From Macrostomum lignano (lineage: Eukaryota): 64,000 bases of DNA. Where the stretch lies: the NCBI GenBank assembly GCA_002269645.1, contig NIVC01001190.1, positions 124,001 to 188,000 on the forward strand, read 5' to 3'. Of this stretch, positions 1-10,309 are shown piece after piece. The translations under genes were made by a program, and so were the position numbers. Below the pieces are notes generated by a model, which ran no database searches, was not told the DNA's origin, and was given only the letters and a program-made list of their open reading frames with translations. Positions within the stretch are counted from its first letter, which is position 1, and every line of letters starts with the position of its first letter.

Positions 1-1260
1 CTGAAGGGGAGAAGAGGCTGGGGTCTAAAGGGGAGAAGAGGGTTTGAAGGGGAAGAGAGGGTGGGATCTGTAGGGGAGGAGAGGGTGGAATCTGAAGGGG
101 AGGAGAGGGTGGGTACTGAATGGAGGAGAGGGTCAGGTCTGAAGGGGAGGAAAGGGCTGGGTCTGAAGGGGAGAAAAAGGAGCAAAGCAAAGAGGAATAG
201 CAAGGAGAATGGGGGACAAGGAGAATGGAGAAGGGAAATAGCAACAAGGATAGAGGAGGAAGGGAATGAAAAGGATAGAGGAGGAGGGGAAGTTCAGCAG
301 GGAATATAAAAGAAAAAAACAGGAATAGAAGGAAGGTAAGAGAATAGCAAGGATGGGTAAGGAGAAGAATATCAAGGCTAGGGGAGAATAGCAAAGAGAA
401 AAAGGGAGAGTGAAAGACCTTAAGCAAACTGACTTCAACTACTCAGAAGCTTCTAAAAGGAATATTTGAGCAACTATTAGCATATAAGGTAGGGCAGTTT
501 AGCACAACTTGCCTAGTACGAGCTCGTAGATAGGTATATTAGGACTACTAGCCTTGTAGGGTACAGAGTTGTTTAGCAACTACTAGTCAGGTAGATAGAG
601 TGGATTAGTACCTAGAAGACTGGCAGGTTGACCCGCGAAGCCTAACAGACTATAAAGTAGATTAGCACCTATAAGTCTAGACGGTAGAATGATAGGTATT
701 ATATTTACTAGCCTAGTAGGTAGGATAGGCTACTAACCTAGTATAGTAGATAGAATCTAATCTAGGTTCATTATCCTGTTATTCCTCCTGTTATAGGAGG
801 GTAGGAGCTGATGGCGGAGGCTAGGAGGGTAATAGTTGGTAGAGGAGGGTAGGAGCTGGTAGAAGAGAGAAGGGAAAGTGTCGAAGGGTAGAGCAGGGCA
901 GGGGAGAGTAGAAGGTAGGAGGGTAGGAAATGGTAGAAGGGCAGAGAAGGGTAGGAGCTGGTAGAGGAGAGTAGGGGGTGAGGCTGGCAACGGAGGGTAA
1001 AGCCATAGACAAGGGTATAGCTGCAGAGGAGGGGAGGAGCTGGTAGAAGAGGGTAGAGAAGGGGTAGAGGGTAGAGAAGGATAGAGGTGTGTAGGATAGT
1101 AGAGGAGAGTAGGAGGATAAAGGGTAGAGAAGAGTAAGGAGAGGATAGAAAAGTAGAGGAGGGTAGGGGGGCTGTCTGGGAGGGTTTGCCTGGGAAAGCT
1201 GCCTTGAAAGGTTTGCCTGGGGGCTGCCTAGGAAAGATAGCCTAGAAGGACTGCCTGGGA
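1..1260. repeat. Purine-rich (GA/GGA) low-complexity sequence
   Basis: Strong G/A strand bias with short degenerate units (gaagggga, gggtagag); ORFs here are compositional artefacts. Confidence 0.7.
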
Positions 1261-1308
1261 GGAATTAATGATTAAAGCAACAAAAAAGTATTCATAAAAA
1301 TACAAACA

Positions 1309-3240
1309 GCACATGTGGAGTGCACGGGGTGTAGGGAGTGCAGGGGTGCAGGAGTTAAAGAAGTAGAATTCTGCTGGGGTTAGGGCTAGGATAGTGAAAG
1401 GGCCAGATCTGGGGGTCTAGGGCCAAGACTGGGATGGGGTAGGGCTGGCGCTGAGATGGGGTAGGGCTGGCACTGGGGTGGGGTAGGGCTGGGGCTGGAG
1501 TGGGGTAGGGCTGGGGCTGGAGTGGGGTAGGGCTGGCGCTAGGGTGGGGTAGGGCTGGCGCTAGGGTGGGGTAGGGCTGGCGATGGGGTGGGGTAGGGCT
1601 GACGCTGGGGTGGGGTAGGGCTTGGGTGGGGTAGGGCTGGGGCAAGGGCTAGGGCAAGGGCAAGGGCAGGGGCTGGGGCTAGGGCAGATGCAGGGGCAGG
1701 GGCAGGGGCTTAGGCTAAGGCTAGGGCAAGGGCTCGGGCAAGGGCTAGGGCTTGGGCTAAGGCTAGGGCTAGGGCTAAGGCTAGGGCAAGGGCTGGGGCA
1801 GGGGCAAGGGCTAGGCTAGGGCTAGGGCTTGGGCTTGGGCTTGGGCTAAGGCTAGGGCAAGGGCTTGGGCTAGGGCTAGGGCAAAGGCTGGGGCTGGGGC
1901 TAAGGCTGGGGCTTGGGCTTGGGCTTGGGCTAAGGCTAGGGCAAGGGCTAGGGCTAGGGCTTGGGCTTGGGCTTGGGCTTGGGCTAAGGCTAGGGCAAGG
2001 GCTTGGGCTAGGGCAAGGGCTTGGGCTAGGGCAAAGGCTGGGGCTGGGGCTAAGGCTGGGGCTTGGGCTCGGGCTAAGGCTAGGGCAAGGGCAAAGGCTG
2101 GGGCTAGGGCTGGGGCTAGGGCTGGTTCTAGGGCTGGGGCTAGGGCTGGGGCTAGGGCTAGGGCTAGGGCTAAGGCACATGTGGAGTGCACGGGGTGTAG
2201 GGAGTGCAGGGGTGCAGGAGTTAAAGAAGTAGAATTCTGCTGGGGTTAGGGCTAGGATAGTGAAAGGGCCAGATCTGGGGGTCTAGGGCCAAGACTGGGA
2301 TGGGGTAGGGCTGGCGCTGAGATGGGGTAGGGCTGGCGCTGAGATGGGGTAGGGCTGGGGCTGGAGTGGGGTAGGGCTGGGGCTGGAGTGGGGTAGGGCT
2401 GGCGCTGGAGTGGGGTAGGGCTGGCGCTAGGGTGGGGTAGGGCTGGCGATGGGGTGGGGTAGGGCTGACGCTGGGGTGGGGTAGGGCTTGGGTGGGGTAG
2501 GGCTGGGGCTAGGGCTAGGGCAAGGGCAGGGGCTGGGGCTAGGGCTAGGGCTAGGGCAAGGGCAAGGGCTCGGGCAAGGGCTAGGGCTTGGGCTAAGGCT
2601 AGGGCTAGGGCTAGGGCTAAGGCTAGGGCAAGGGCTGGGGCTAGGGCAGGGGCTAGGGCAGGGGCTAGGGCAGGGGCAAGGGCTAGGGCTTGGGCTTGGG
2701 CTAAGGCTAGGGCAAGGGCTTGGGCTAAGGCTAGGGCAAAGGCTGGGGCTGGGGCCGGGGCTAAGGCTGGGGCTTGGGCTTGGGCTAAGGCTAGGGCAAG
2801 GGCTAGGGCTTGGGCTTGGGCTAAGGCTAGGGCAAGGGCTTGGGCTAGGGCAAAGGCTGGGGCTGGGGCTAAGGCTGGGGCTTGGGCTTGGGCTAAGGCT
2901 AGGGCAAGAGCAAAGGCTGGGGCTAGGGCTGGGGCTAGGGCTGGTTCTAGGGCTGGGGCTAGGGCTGGGGCTAGGGCAAGGGCTAGGGCTGGGGCAGGAT
3001 AGTGATAGGGCCAGAGCTGGGGCAGGGATAACAAGCACTAAGGCTAAGGCCAGGGCTAGGGGAGGAACTAGGGCTAGGGCTAAGGTTAGGGCTAGATTAG
3101 GGGCTGGGATAGAGTGGGATAGGGCTGGGGCTGGGCTAGTGCTTGAGCTTAAGCTAGAGCTGGCTGCTAGGGCTGTGGTGTGGCTAGAGATTGAGCTGGG
3201 GCTTGATCTCAAGCTAGGGCTAAGCTGGGGCTAGGGCTAA
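1309..3240. repeat. Degenerate (GGGCTA/GGGCTG/GGGCAA/GGGCTT)n hexamer satellite containing an ~866-bp tandem duplication
   Basis: Hexamer periodicity throughout; the unique block gcacatgtggagtgcacggggtgtagg...gggccagatctggggg starts at both 1309 and 2175. Confidence 0.9.
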
Positions 3241-3390
3241 GAGAATGAAGCCACAAATAAATGTAAAGCTATAAACAAGGGTAGAACCTAGTAGAAGAGG
3301 GTAGAGATAGGTTGAAGAGGATAGGATCAAAAGGTGAAGGGAGGGTAAAAAGGGTAGAAAAGAGTATAAGGATAGAAGATAGACATACAT

Positions 3391-3546
3391 GCGCAACCTT
3401 GGGAATCACCCGGCCGTTTCTATTGGCAACACACACATGTAAGTCGCTATTGGCTGAGAGCAGTCACGTGACCAATATTCTGTCCAATAGCGACTTACAT
3501 GTGTGTGTTGCCAATAGAAACGGCCGGGTGAATCCCTAGTTTGCGC
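3391..3546. mobile_element. Short foldback/MITE-like element
   Basis: 3401-3453 is the reverse complement of 3484-3536 (53 bp, 1 mismatch), extendable ~10 bp outward with 2 mismatches; the 30-bp spacer contains the palindrome GTCACGTGAC. Confidence 0.75.
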
Positions 3547-4521
3547 CCAAGCATGAAGATAGAGAATAAGAAAAGAGGATATAGAAAGATGAAAAAAGGG
3601 TTACACCAAAGCATGCTAACTAAACATATTTTAATCCAATAAAAAGGCTAAATTAATGCTTTTATCTTTAGCCTAGGCTAAAGCTTAGGTAGGCTTAGCT
3701 ATTTTGAATCAAATATAGACCTAATTAAAATATATTAATCCAAACCAAATATACTAAATCTCTAATATTTGCTTGTATGCTTAATTATTTATATTAGGCC
3801 TAGTAGGTAGGCTTCAAGTTTACTCACTAATTCATTAGTATAATAAATAGTATTATTAGGGTTCAACTTTTCTTTAGCCCTAGGCCTAGCACTATATATA
3901 ACTTGGTATATATAAATTTTGGTAGGCTAGTATATTTAATTTTAAATTTCAATTCTATTTAGCAATGATTTATTTTGGCTAGGCCTAGGGCTTAAATTAA
4001 ATATGTTTGATATCAAATCAAATAGTCAATTTTGTGTAAAATGGATTAAAAACTTAATAGGCCTACATTAAAATTAAGTCCTTAAAGCTATAGAGTTCTA
4101 TCCTAGGCTAGATAGAATTAGGCCTTATACTATATCTAGACAAGGCATAGCTAATAGCTAATATAGGCAACTAATACTATAATGCTTTGGCTAGAAATAT
4201 ATCAACAATATAGACAAATCTGGCTCTGTTAATAAAAAATAATAACCCAGTCATATACTAGCAAATGGTTTACTAGTCAAGCTCTATTTTTATTTAGCAA
4301 TTAGCATTACTATTTATATAGAAATACCATTATATTATATAGATAGGTCTTGGATATATGCGCCTTTTATATACCATAACACTAGATGAAGAAAAAGCAT
4401 AAATTTTAGGGCCCATATTTTTAGGTGTATAGAACTGCTTAAATTAAATTAAGCCATTGGCATTGCCAATATATATATATAATGTAAAAAGGTGTAACTG
4501 TTTCAATGAAAGAACTTTTTC

Positions 4522-4656
4522 GTGCATATGTGCACAAATGTTTTCAATACAACGTAAAATAAAGCCAGAAATACATGCAGTGCTACACCGCTATATTCAT
4601 TGCTAGGCTGCAAGGCCGTGTTTTCCGAGGATAGAATGGCCTCATGAGTGGGACAC
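4522..4656. repeat. Dispersed repeat; inverted copy at 12984-13090
   Basis: aaataaagccagaaatacatgcag...ccgtgttttccgaggatagaatggcctca(t/c)gagtgggacac matches the reverse complement of 12984-13090; this copy has an extra ~25-bp insert. Confidence 0.8.
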
Positions 4657-6066
4657 AGCTGTGTCACTGGACTGTCTGGAAGCCGGCCTATTTAATATTA
4701 TAATATAGCAATGAAATATACACTACTTTATAGCCAAGAACTTTTTCAAAGTCAAATATTTTTTAAATGGCCAATACAATATTAGCATTATAGCTTACTT
4801 TATAGCAATATCTGGTTATTTTTTCTAATTAGGTCTAAACCTAGAATTGCACTCACTCTTAGTCTCTCTTACTCTCTAGAATAAAAACTGATATTTTTTG
4901 CATATGACTATAATTATATGGGAAGCAAAGGCTTACTTTTTTCTACTCAACTCAACTCACTCAACTACTAGGCCTACCACCTACCTACTACTCAACTTCT
5001 ACCTGGCTAGGCCCACTGGGGCTGGCCTAGGCCTAGGAGTAGGAGTAGCCCCCCCCCTATACCAAGTGGCTAGATTACCTTTTAAACAACACAATTAACT
5101 TGACCTAAATAAACCAGACTTGTTAGTTCGTTTAATACCATAGTATTAGAATTTAGAATTAGAACCAATTATTTTATTAAAAAATCTAATTCAATGGTCT
5201 AATTCAATGCCTTATAGTAGTAAGCCTAGTTTAGGCATTTCATGTGTAGGCTTAGCCACACAGCCTTCACCCCAGCTCAGTTTTAGAACTACATGGATTT
5301 TAGACCCTAGTTTCCTAGTTGCCGGCCAGCAGCACGCACGCACGTGCACTGCCTTCAGCGAGTAGAAAGCATTTAAATTTAAGCTGCAAGGGCCTAGGCC
5401 TACCGTCATGATGCATGTCTAAAACTAACTAACAAGAAACCCAGAGCAGAAAGAGAGTCCTGCAACAAGCTACTAAAACATGAATGCATTTATTGGCGCT
5501 AAAAAGTTAACTAGCTTTGTTGATATTGTAACAATCATTTTTCGATTAACCAGCAAGCTGAGACAGCAACCAGCATGCTGTTAAGAGAGAGAATTTGGCT
5601 CAGGCGATTAGCCTGTTTGGCCAATATATTATAGAGCTATGTATTTGGAAAAGTTTTCGAAATAGAAGTTTATAAAGACGATTTGCCGCGAGTTATTGTA
5701 AAAGATAAAGTATTTGAAAGCGCGCCAGAATTTTTACGGTGTTTTTGGACGAAAAGTGACGACTAACAACTAACAACGAGTATAAATATTAATACAAAAA
5801 TGAGTACAAATTACGAGGTATAGCTTTAATTTTAATTGCGAGATTAATTTGGTAAGCGAGTTTGTAAAAAAAGATGTAGTATTTTTGAAAGCGCGTGAAA
5901 TTTTAAAGCGTGAAAAAGCGAACATAAACAATACTTCGAAGGAACTTTACGTTTAACGAGTAACGACGATTTAAATAGGGAATTAAAAAAGACAGTAAAT
6001 GAATAAACAACTGAAAAGCGGATTTGTTACACTGCTAATGTATCTGATTCAGTTTGTTTAACTGTT

Positions 6067-9000
6067 TTAGCTATTCATGACTTTATATATTTTAGCTACA
6101 CCAGTGAGTTCTTTTCTGACTCTTTTTTCATTTGTAGCATACCCTATCTTGTGTATTTGATTGCTATTTAAGAGGTATTGACAGAAGTATTTTTTCCTGA
6201 TCTCTTCAGTTTGTGGACATTCGGTCAAGTAGTGTAGAATGTCAGAACCATTTCGCGCTCCACACATTTTACATGGTTCTTGAGAAAAAAAGTTGGGTGT
6301 AATCTCGCATTTCAGTTTTAGGAGGGTTGTTAGGAATTTTTTGTTTCTAAATGTACATGCAAAGTAATCTGAAAGGTCGGGCCTGCAGATTTTTTTGTAG
6401 AGATAGGCGTTTTTGTAGAGTTTAATATGTTGCTGATTCTCTAGCTTTTGGCTAAGTTCTCTTTCTCTGTGTATCTTGAGGTGCTTTTTCACTAGGTATT
6501 TCTCGTTATTAAAGCTTTGGGAAAGTTTATCTTCAGTTAGTGCTTTTAGGTCTATACTTTCTAGTTTCTTTAGTACATTCATTTTCCATGGATTTTTTTG
6601 GCCGGTGCTTGAGTAGAAAATTTCTAGAGTCGTTTGGCAGAGTTTTTTGTGTCTAATCTTCAGCCAGTAGATGAGGTAGGTTTTAGCGATTCGTTGAGAG
6701 ATTGGAGTAAGCTCAAGTTCTGATGATATCACACTGTTGCTAGCAAATTTTGGTAGATTGAGGAGATATTTGTAGAATTTCAGCTGAATATTATCAATAG
6801 CTTTTGTATCAGACATGGTAGCCAGAGGGCCCCAGAGCTCACAACCGTAAATGATAACGGGGGTAACAAGCGCGTTGAATAGTCTGCGAATGAGTGTGAT
6901 GTCTAGGGACGTATTCTTTACCCTATGGAGTAGGGAAAACATGGCTGTATATCCCTGCTTAGTTTGGTGTTCAATACATTTTTTAAAGCTGTTTTTTGGT
7001 TCAAAAATAATTCCCAGGTATTTAAATTCATTTACTTCTTCTATTTCTTGATTGTCGTAGTATATTTTTGTAGCAATGCTTTCTGTGTCATTTTTTTGTC
7101 TGGTATTGCCCTGCATAAACTTTGTTTTGCTTGCGTTTACTTTCAAGTAATTTTGTTTGCAATAATTTTCCATAGTCGTAAATGTGTCTTGAAGTTCGTC
7201 TTTGTTTTTAGCTAGAATGGCTTGATCGTCTGCAAAGAGTAGGATGAGTGGGAAAGCAGATCTCATAAGAGAGCGCCTAGCGCTAGAGAGTTCAAGATAT
7301 TCAACAATGTCGTCAATATATAGTTCAAAAAGAATGGTAGAGAGAGGGTTGCCTTGAAGAACACCTTTAGATATTGGGATTGGCTGGGTTTCATCATCAT
7401 CATCATCTTTTTTTAGAATGAAGCAGGCATTTTTATGCATGTTCTTGATAAGTTCCATCATTTGACCTTTAATACCCTGATTATCCGTTTTGCACCAAAG
7501 GGTCGGTTGATTTAAGCTATCGAAGGCTTTTTCATAGTCAACAAATCCAATAAAGAGTTCTTCTTTGTTGTAGATGGATTGGTTTATAATGTTGTAAAGA
7601 TTAAAACATTGGTCGATTGTGCTGTGATTGGGCTTGAAACCGTATTGGTATTTTGATATAAGATTGTTTGCGTATGCTAGGTTTTCGAGTCTGGATTTAA
7701 TAATTTGGCAAAAGAGCTTGCCAAGAATTGGTTGAATGCAGATTCCTCTGTAATTGTTGGGGTCGGCACTGCTGCCTTTGTTTTTATAAATCGGATGAAG
7801 TGTATTTGTTATCCAACTAGTTGGGAAGGTTCCTTGTTTGAGTGCTTCGTTGAAAAGTGAGCATAGGAGGTCAGCAAGTTCGTTCTCGAGGTATTTGAGT
7901 GTTTCTACATATACTTTATCGTGCCCAGGTGCTTTGTTGGTTTTGAGCTTTTTAATATGTTTTATAACTTCTTCTTTGGTGAATGGGGCATTGAAATCCT
8001 CTAAATCAGCTAGAATAGGGTTGTCAAGGTGAAGATTGTATGATAGTCTAATGCTGCTGTCTTGTTCAGTTACAAGATTTTGAAAGTGTATGACAAATTT
8101 TTCATCAATTGTTACTCTGTTGTTTGAGGGATTTGGTGTTTTTAATAAGTTCCAAAGTTGTTTTGTATCGTTTTGAATAAAGGCCTGGTTGATCATGTTG
8201 TCTGCACAGAGAGTTGTTTCAAATTTCCATGTAGTGAGCTTTTTTTCGTATGCTTTTTTGAGTTGTACTTTGCTTGAGAGGTTGTTGGGAGTAGGGAAGG
8301 TTTTATATCTTCTGCAGGCATGTCTAGCAGCGTTTCTTAAATCTTTAAGGAAGCGAGGCAGTGTTGAGCATAGTGGGTTCTTTATCTCTACTGTGATGTT
8401 GTTTTGAATTTGTCTAACTTTTCTACTTAATTCATTTATAAAAGCTGGGTTTTGTATGTCTAGATTTGTGATTTTGTCATTCATGTTTTTTAGGTCATTT
8501 GCAAAGTTATTGATATGTTTTTCTTGTTGCAGGTTGGGTTTATCTGACTTTTTTAGGACTCTGTATCTCGTTTTCGAGTTATTGGTTGCTTGTTTAGTTT
8601 CTGTGATTTCCTCTGTGAATTCACTTGATAGGGAGAGCACTATTTGGTTGTGGTTGCTAAAGTAGGTGTGGTTCTTTACTTTAAAGTCTTCGAGGTGTTG
8701 GAGTAAGCTGGTAGAGACGAAACAGAGATCTATAACAGAGGAACCAGATTTTGAGAGAAAGGTGAATTCACCATTTGTGTCTGATAGTGATCTACCATTG
8801 ATTAGATGCAGGTTGTATGAGTCAGTAATCTGGTTAAGTAGTCTACCATTTTTGCAGTTTTTCTTGTCTTGGCTTTGTCTAGTAAGTGAGATGTTTTTTG
8901 CTCTGGTGTTATATATTGAATTTAAATCTATGTATGAGGTATTGTTTATATGAGCATTGAAGTCTCCAATAAGGAAGATGTTTTCTTCGGAGTGATAAGC

Positions 9001-9201
9001 ATCTAGGAGAGTTGTTAGCTGTTCCCAATTTTCTTCTTCATAATATTTTGAAGACAGTGGGGGTATATAGGAGTTTATTAAGGTGAAGTTTTTGTTTTTA
9101 TCCTTTTTGTGTTCAAAATTTAGCGTCAAGAAGTTTTTATAATGTTTGAATGATTCTGTAACATTGTATTGTGTATCTAGTGACTTTTTGTAAGCTGTCA
9201 A
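6067..9201 (-). CDS. LINE ORF2: apurinic endonuclease (C-terminal part), reverse transcriptase, C-terminal Cys/His finger
   Basis: APE motifs INSYIPP, LIGDFNAH, SVIDLCF, SNHNQI; RT motifs KAPGHD, NYRGI, QYGF..HST, FVDYEKAFDS, GVLQGNPLS, LFADD, FKYLG; CKMC...HYLTECP at the end. Confidence 0.95.
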   Translation of the reverse strand: MTAYKKSLDTQYNVTESFKHYKNFLTLNFEHKKDKNKNFTLINSYIPPLSSKYYEEENWEQLTTLLDAYHSEENIFLIGDFNAHINNTSYIDLNSIYNTRAKNISLTRQSQDKKNCKNGRLLNQITDSYNLHLINGRSLSDTNGEFTFLSKSGSSVIDLCFVSTSLLQHLEDFKVKNHTYFSNHNQIVLSLSSEFTEEITETKQATNNSKTRYRVLKKSDKPNLQQEKHINNFANDLKNMNDKITNLDIQNPAFINELSRKVRQIQNNITVEIKNPLCSTLPRFLKDLRNAARHACRRYKTFPTPNNLSSKVQLKKAYEKKLTTWKFETTLCADNMINQAFIQNDTKQLWNLLKTPNPSNNRVTIDEKFVIHFQNLVTEQDSSIRLSYNLHLDNPILADLEDFNAPFTKEEVIKHIKKLKTNKAPGHDKVYVETLKYLENELADLLCSLFNEALKQGTFPTSWITNTLHPIYKNKGSSADPNNYRGICIQPILGKLFCQIIKSRLENLAYANNLISKYQYGFKPNHSTIDQCFNLYNIINQSIYNKEELFIGFVDYEKAFDSLNQPTLWCKTDNQGIKGQMMELIKNMHKNACFILKKDDDDDETQPIPISKGVLQGNPLSTILFELYIDDIVEYLELSSARRSLMRSAFPLILLFADDQAILAKNKDELQDTFTTMENYCKQNYLKVNASKTKFMQGNTRQKNDTESIATKIYYDNQEIEEVNEFKYLGIIFEPKNSFKKCIEHQTKQGYTAMFSLLHRVKNTSLDITLIRRLFNALVTPVIIYGCELWGPLATMSDTKAIDNIQLKFYKYLLNLPKFASNSVISSELELTPISQRIAKTYLIYWLKIRHKKLCQTTLEIFYSSTGQKNPWKMNVLKKLESIDLKALTEDKLSQSFNNEKYLVKKHLKIHRERELSQKLENQQHIKLYKNAYLYKKICRPDLSDYFACTFRNKKFLTTLLKLKCEITPNFFSQEPCKMCGARNGSDILHYLTECPQTEEIRKKYFCQYLLNSNQIHKIGYATNEKRVRKELTGVAKIYKVMNS

Positions 9202-9237
9202 TAATCCACCAGAAGCTCTGCCAATGAATTTACAGCC

Positions 9238-9460
9238 TTTTTTTGTTTGCAGGCTTTTGGTATATTATGTAGTTTTCAGACAGGTTGTTGATTTTGAGTC
9301 GCTTGTTTTCATTTTTTGTGTCTATTATCCAAGTTTCTTGAAGGCAGAGAATATTATTCTTAAAGATTGATTCAGTTTCCAGTAGTTCAAGTTTGGGAAT
9401 CATCACAGAGTCTTTTATTGTGTAAAGACCATTGATATTCCAGCTGCTAATAGTAAATTT
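9238..9460 (-). pseudogene. N-terminal endonuclease segment of the same ORF2, separated by a frameshift in an A7 run (~9238-9244)
   Basis: Manual translation gives KFTISSWNINGL...LCLQETWIID (APE motifs I-II). Removing one A joins it to KGCKFIGRASGGLLTAYK, in frame with 6067-9201. Confidence 0.85.
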
Positions 9461-9689
9461 TTCTTTATCTATTTTTTGGATAATATTGAATTCAAGGAGT
9501 TTTGATTTGATATTGTAAGGAATTTTTTTGATCTTTTGAGCATTGTTATTTCTAATAGAAATGAGGTACTCTCTAGTGTATTGTATCCGCTTTTCATTTG
9601 CTTTGATAATATTTTGACTATTTTGACCTATAACTGTTGGGGTATTTAAGTCACAGTTTACAGAGGAAGTTCAGTAGGTTTTAATGAAG

Positions 9690-9960
9690 GGAACTCCCCT
9701 CTTATAGCCAATTCGGATGTTTTTCTCACCATTTTCTTGACAAGTCTTAAGCTCTTTAACAATCTTCTGCTTAAATGCCCGTTCCTTTTCTGTTAAGTCA
9801 TTCTCGATACGAATACGGGAGTAGGCAGAGCCAGTTTCGCGCAGGTTCCTCAGATTACCGAAGAAGGCCGCTTTGTCGCTATCGTTGACCAGCCGAACAA
9901 TGAGGGGCCTTGGTCGATTGCTGAGAGGCTGCTCGCGACCGATCCGCCTGGTGTCATACC
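9690..9960 (-). pseudogene. LINE ORF1 C-terminal remnant
   Basis: Manual translation: YDTRRIGREQPLSNRPRPLIVRLVNDSDKAAFFGNLRNLRETGSAYSRIRIENDLTEKERAFKQKIVKELK; the RPRPLIVR and IENDLT..ER patterns are typical of RRM-type LINE ORF1s. Confidence 0.7.
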
Positions 9961-10309
9961 GTAAACAAAAAACTTAAATCGTGCTGTTTTCGTTAGTTTT
10001 AAGCAAACACGGGTGAACTAGTTAACAAAACTAATTAATTAACTAGTAAAAATGGTGCAGATTAACTTGCAACACATATTTAAATTTTATAAATTAAGTT
10101 CTAATACAAAAAATAGATTACTGTTTAGTTTTTTTCTCAGCAAACATTGTTAAATTTTGAATTTTTGTGACTATTCCGGAAAAGACACACTCATCAATAA
10201 TTCATTTTTTCTCCTATAAACTTTGAAATTCAAAAGAGTTAGCGCAAAAAACAGTTACATTAAATGAGAAATTATTATTTTTATTGAAAAGAATCATCCC
10301 TGTTGCCTT

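Larger units (their letters stand above)
6000..9960 (-). mobile_element. 5'-truncated non-LTR retrotransposon (APE-RT, RTEX/L2-group-like), AT-rich
   Basis: ORF1 C-terminal remnant plus near-complete ORF2 (next entries). Boundaries approximate; no clear tail or TSD found. Confidence 0.9.

Noticed and set aside
420-530. Possible Helitron 5' end (A|TCTACGAGCTCGTA) resembling 19440-19462
   Set aside because: The match is short and degraded and no 3' end is visible in the window.
1309-3240. True telomere
   Set aside because: Units are degenerate, TTAGGG is rare, and the array is flanked by other sequence on both sides.
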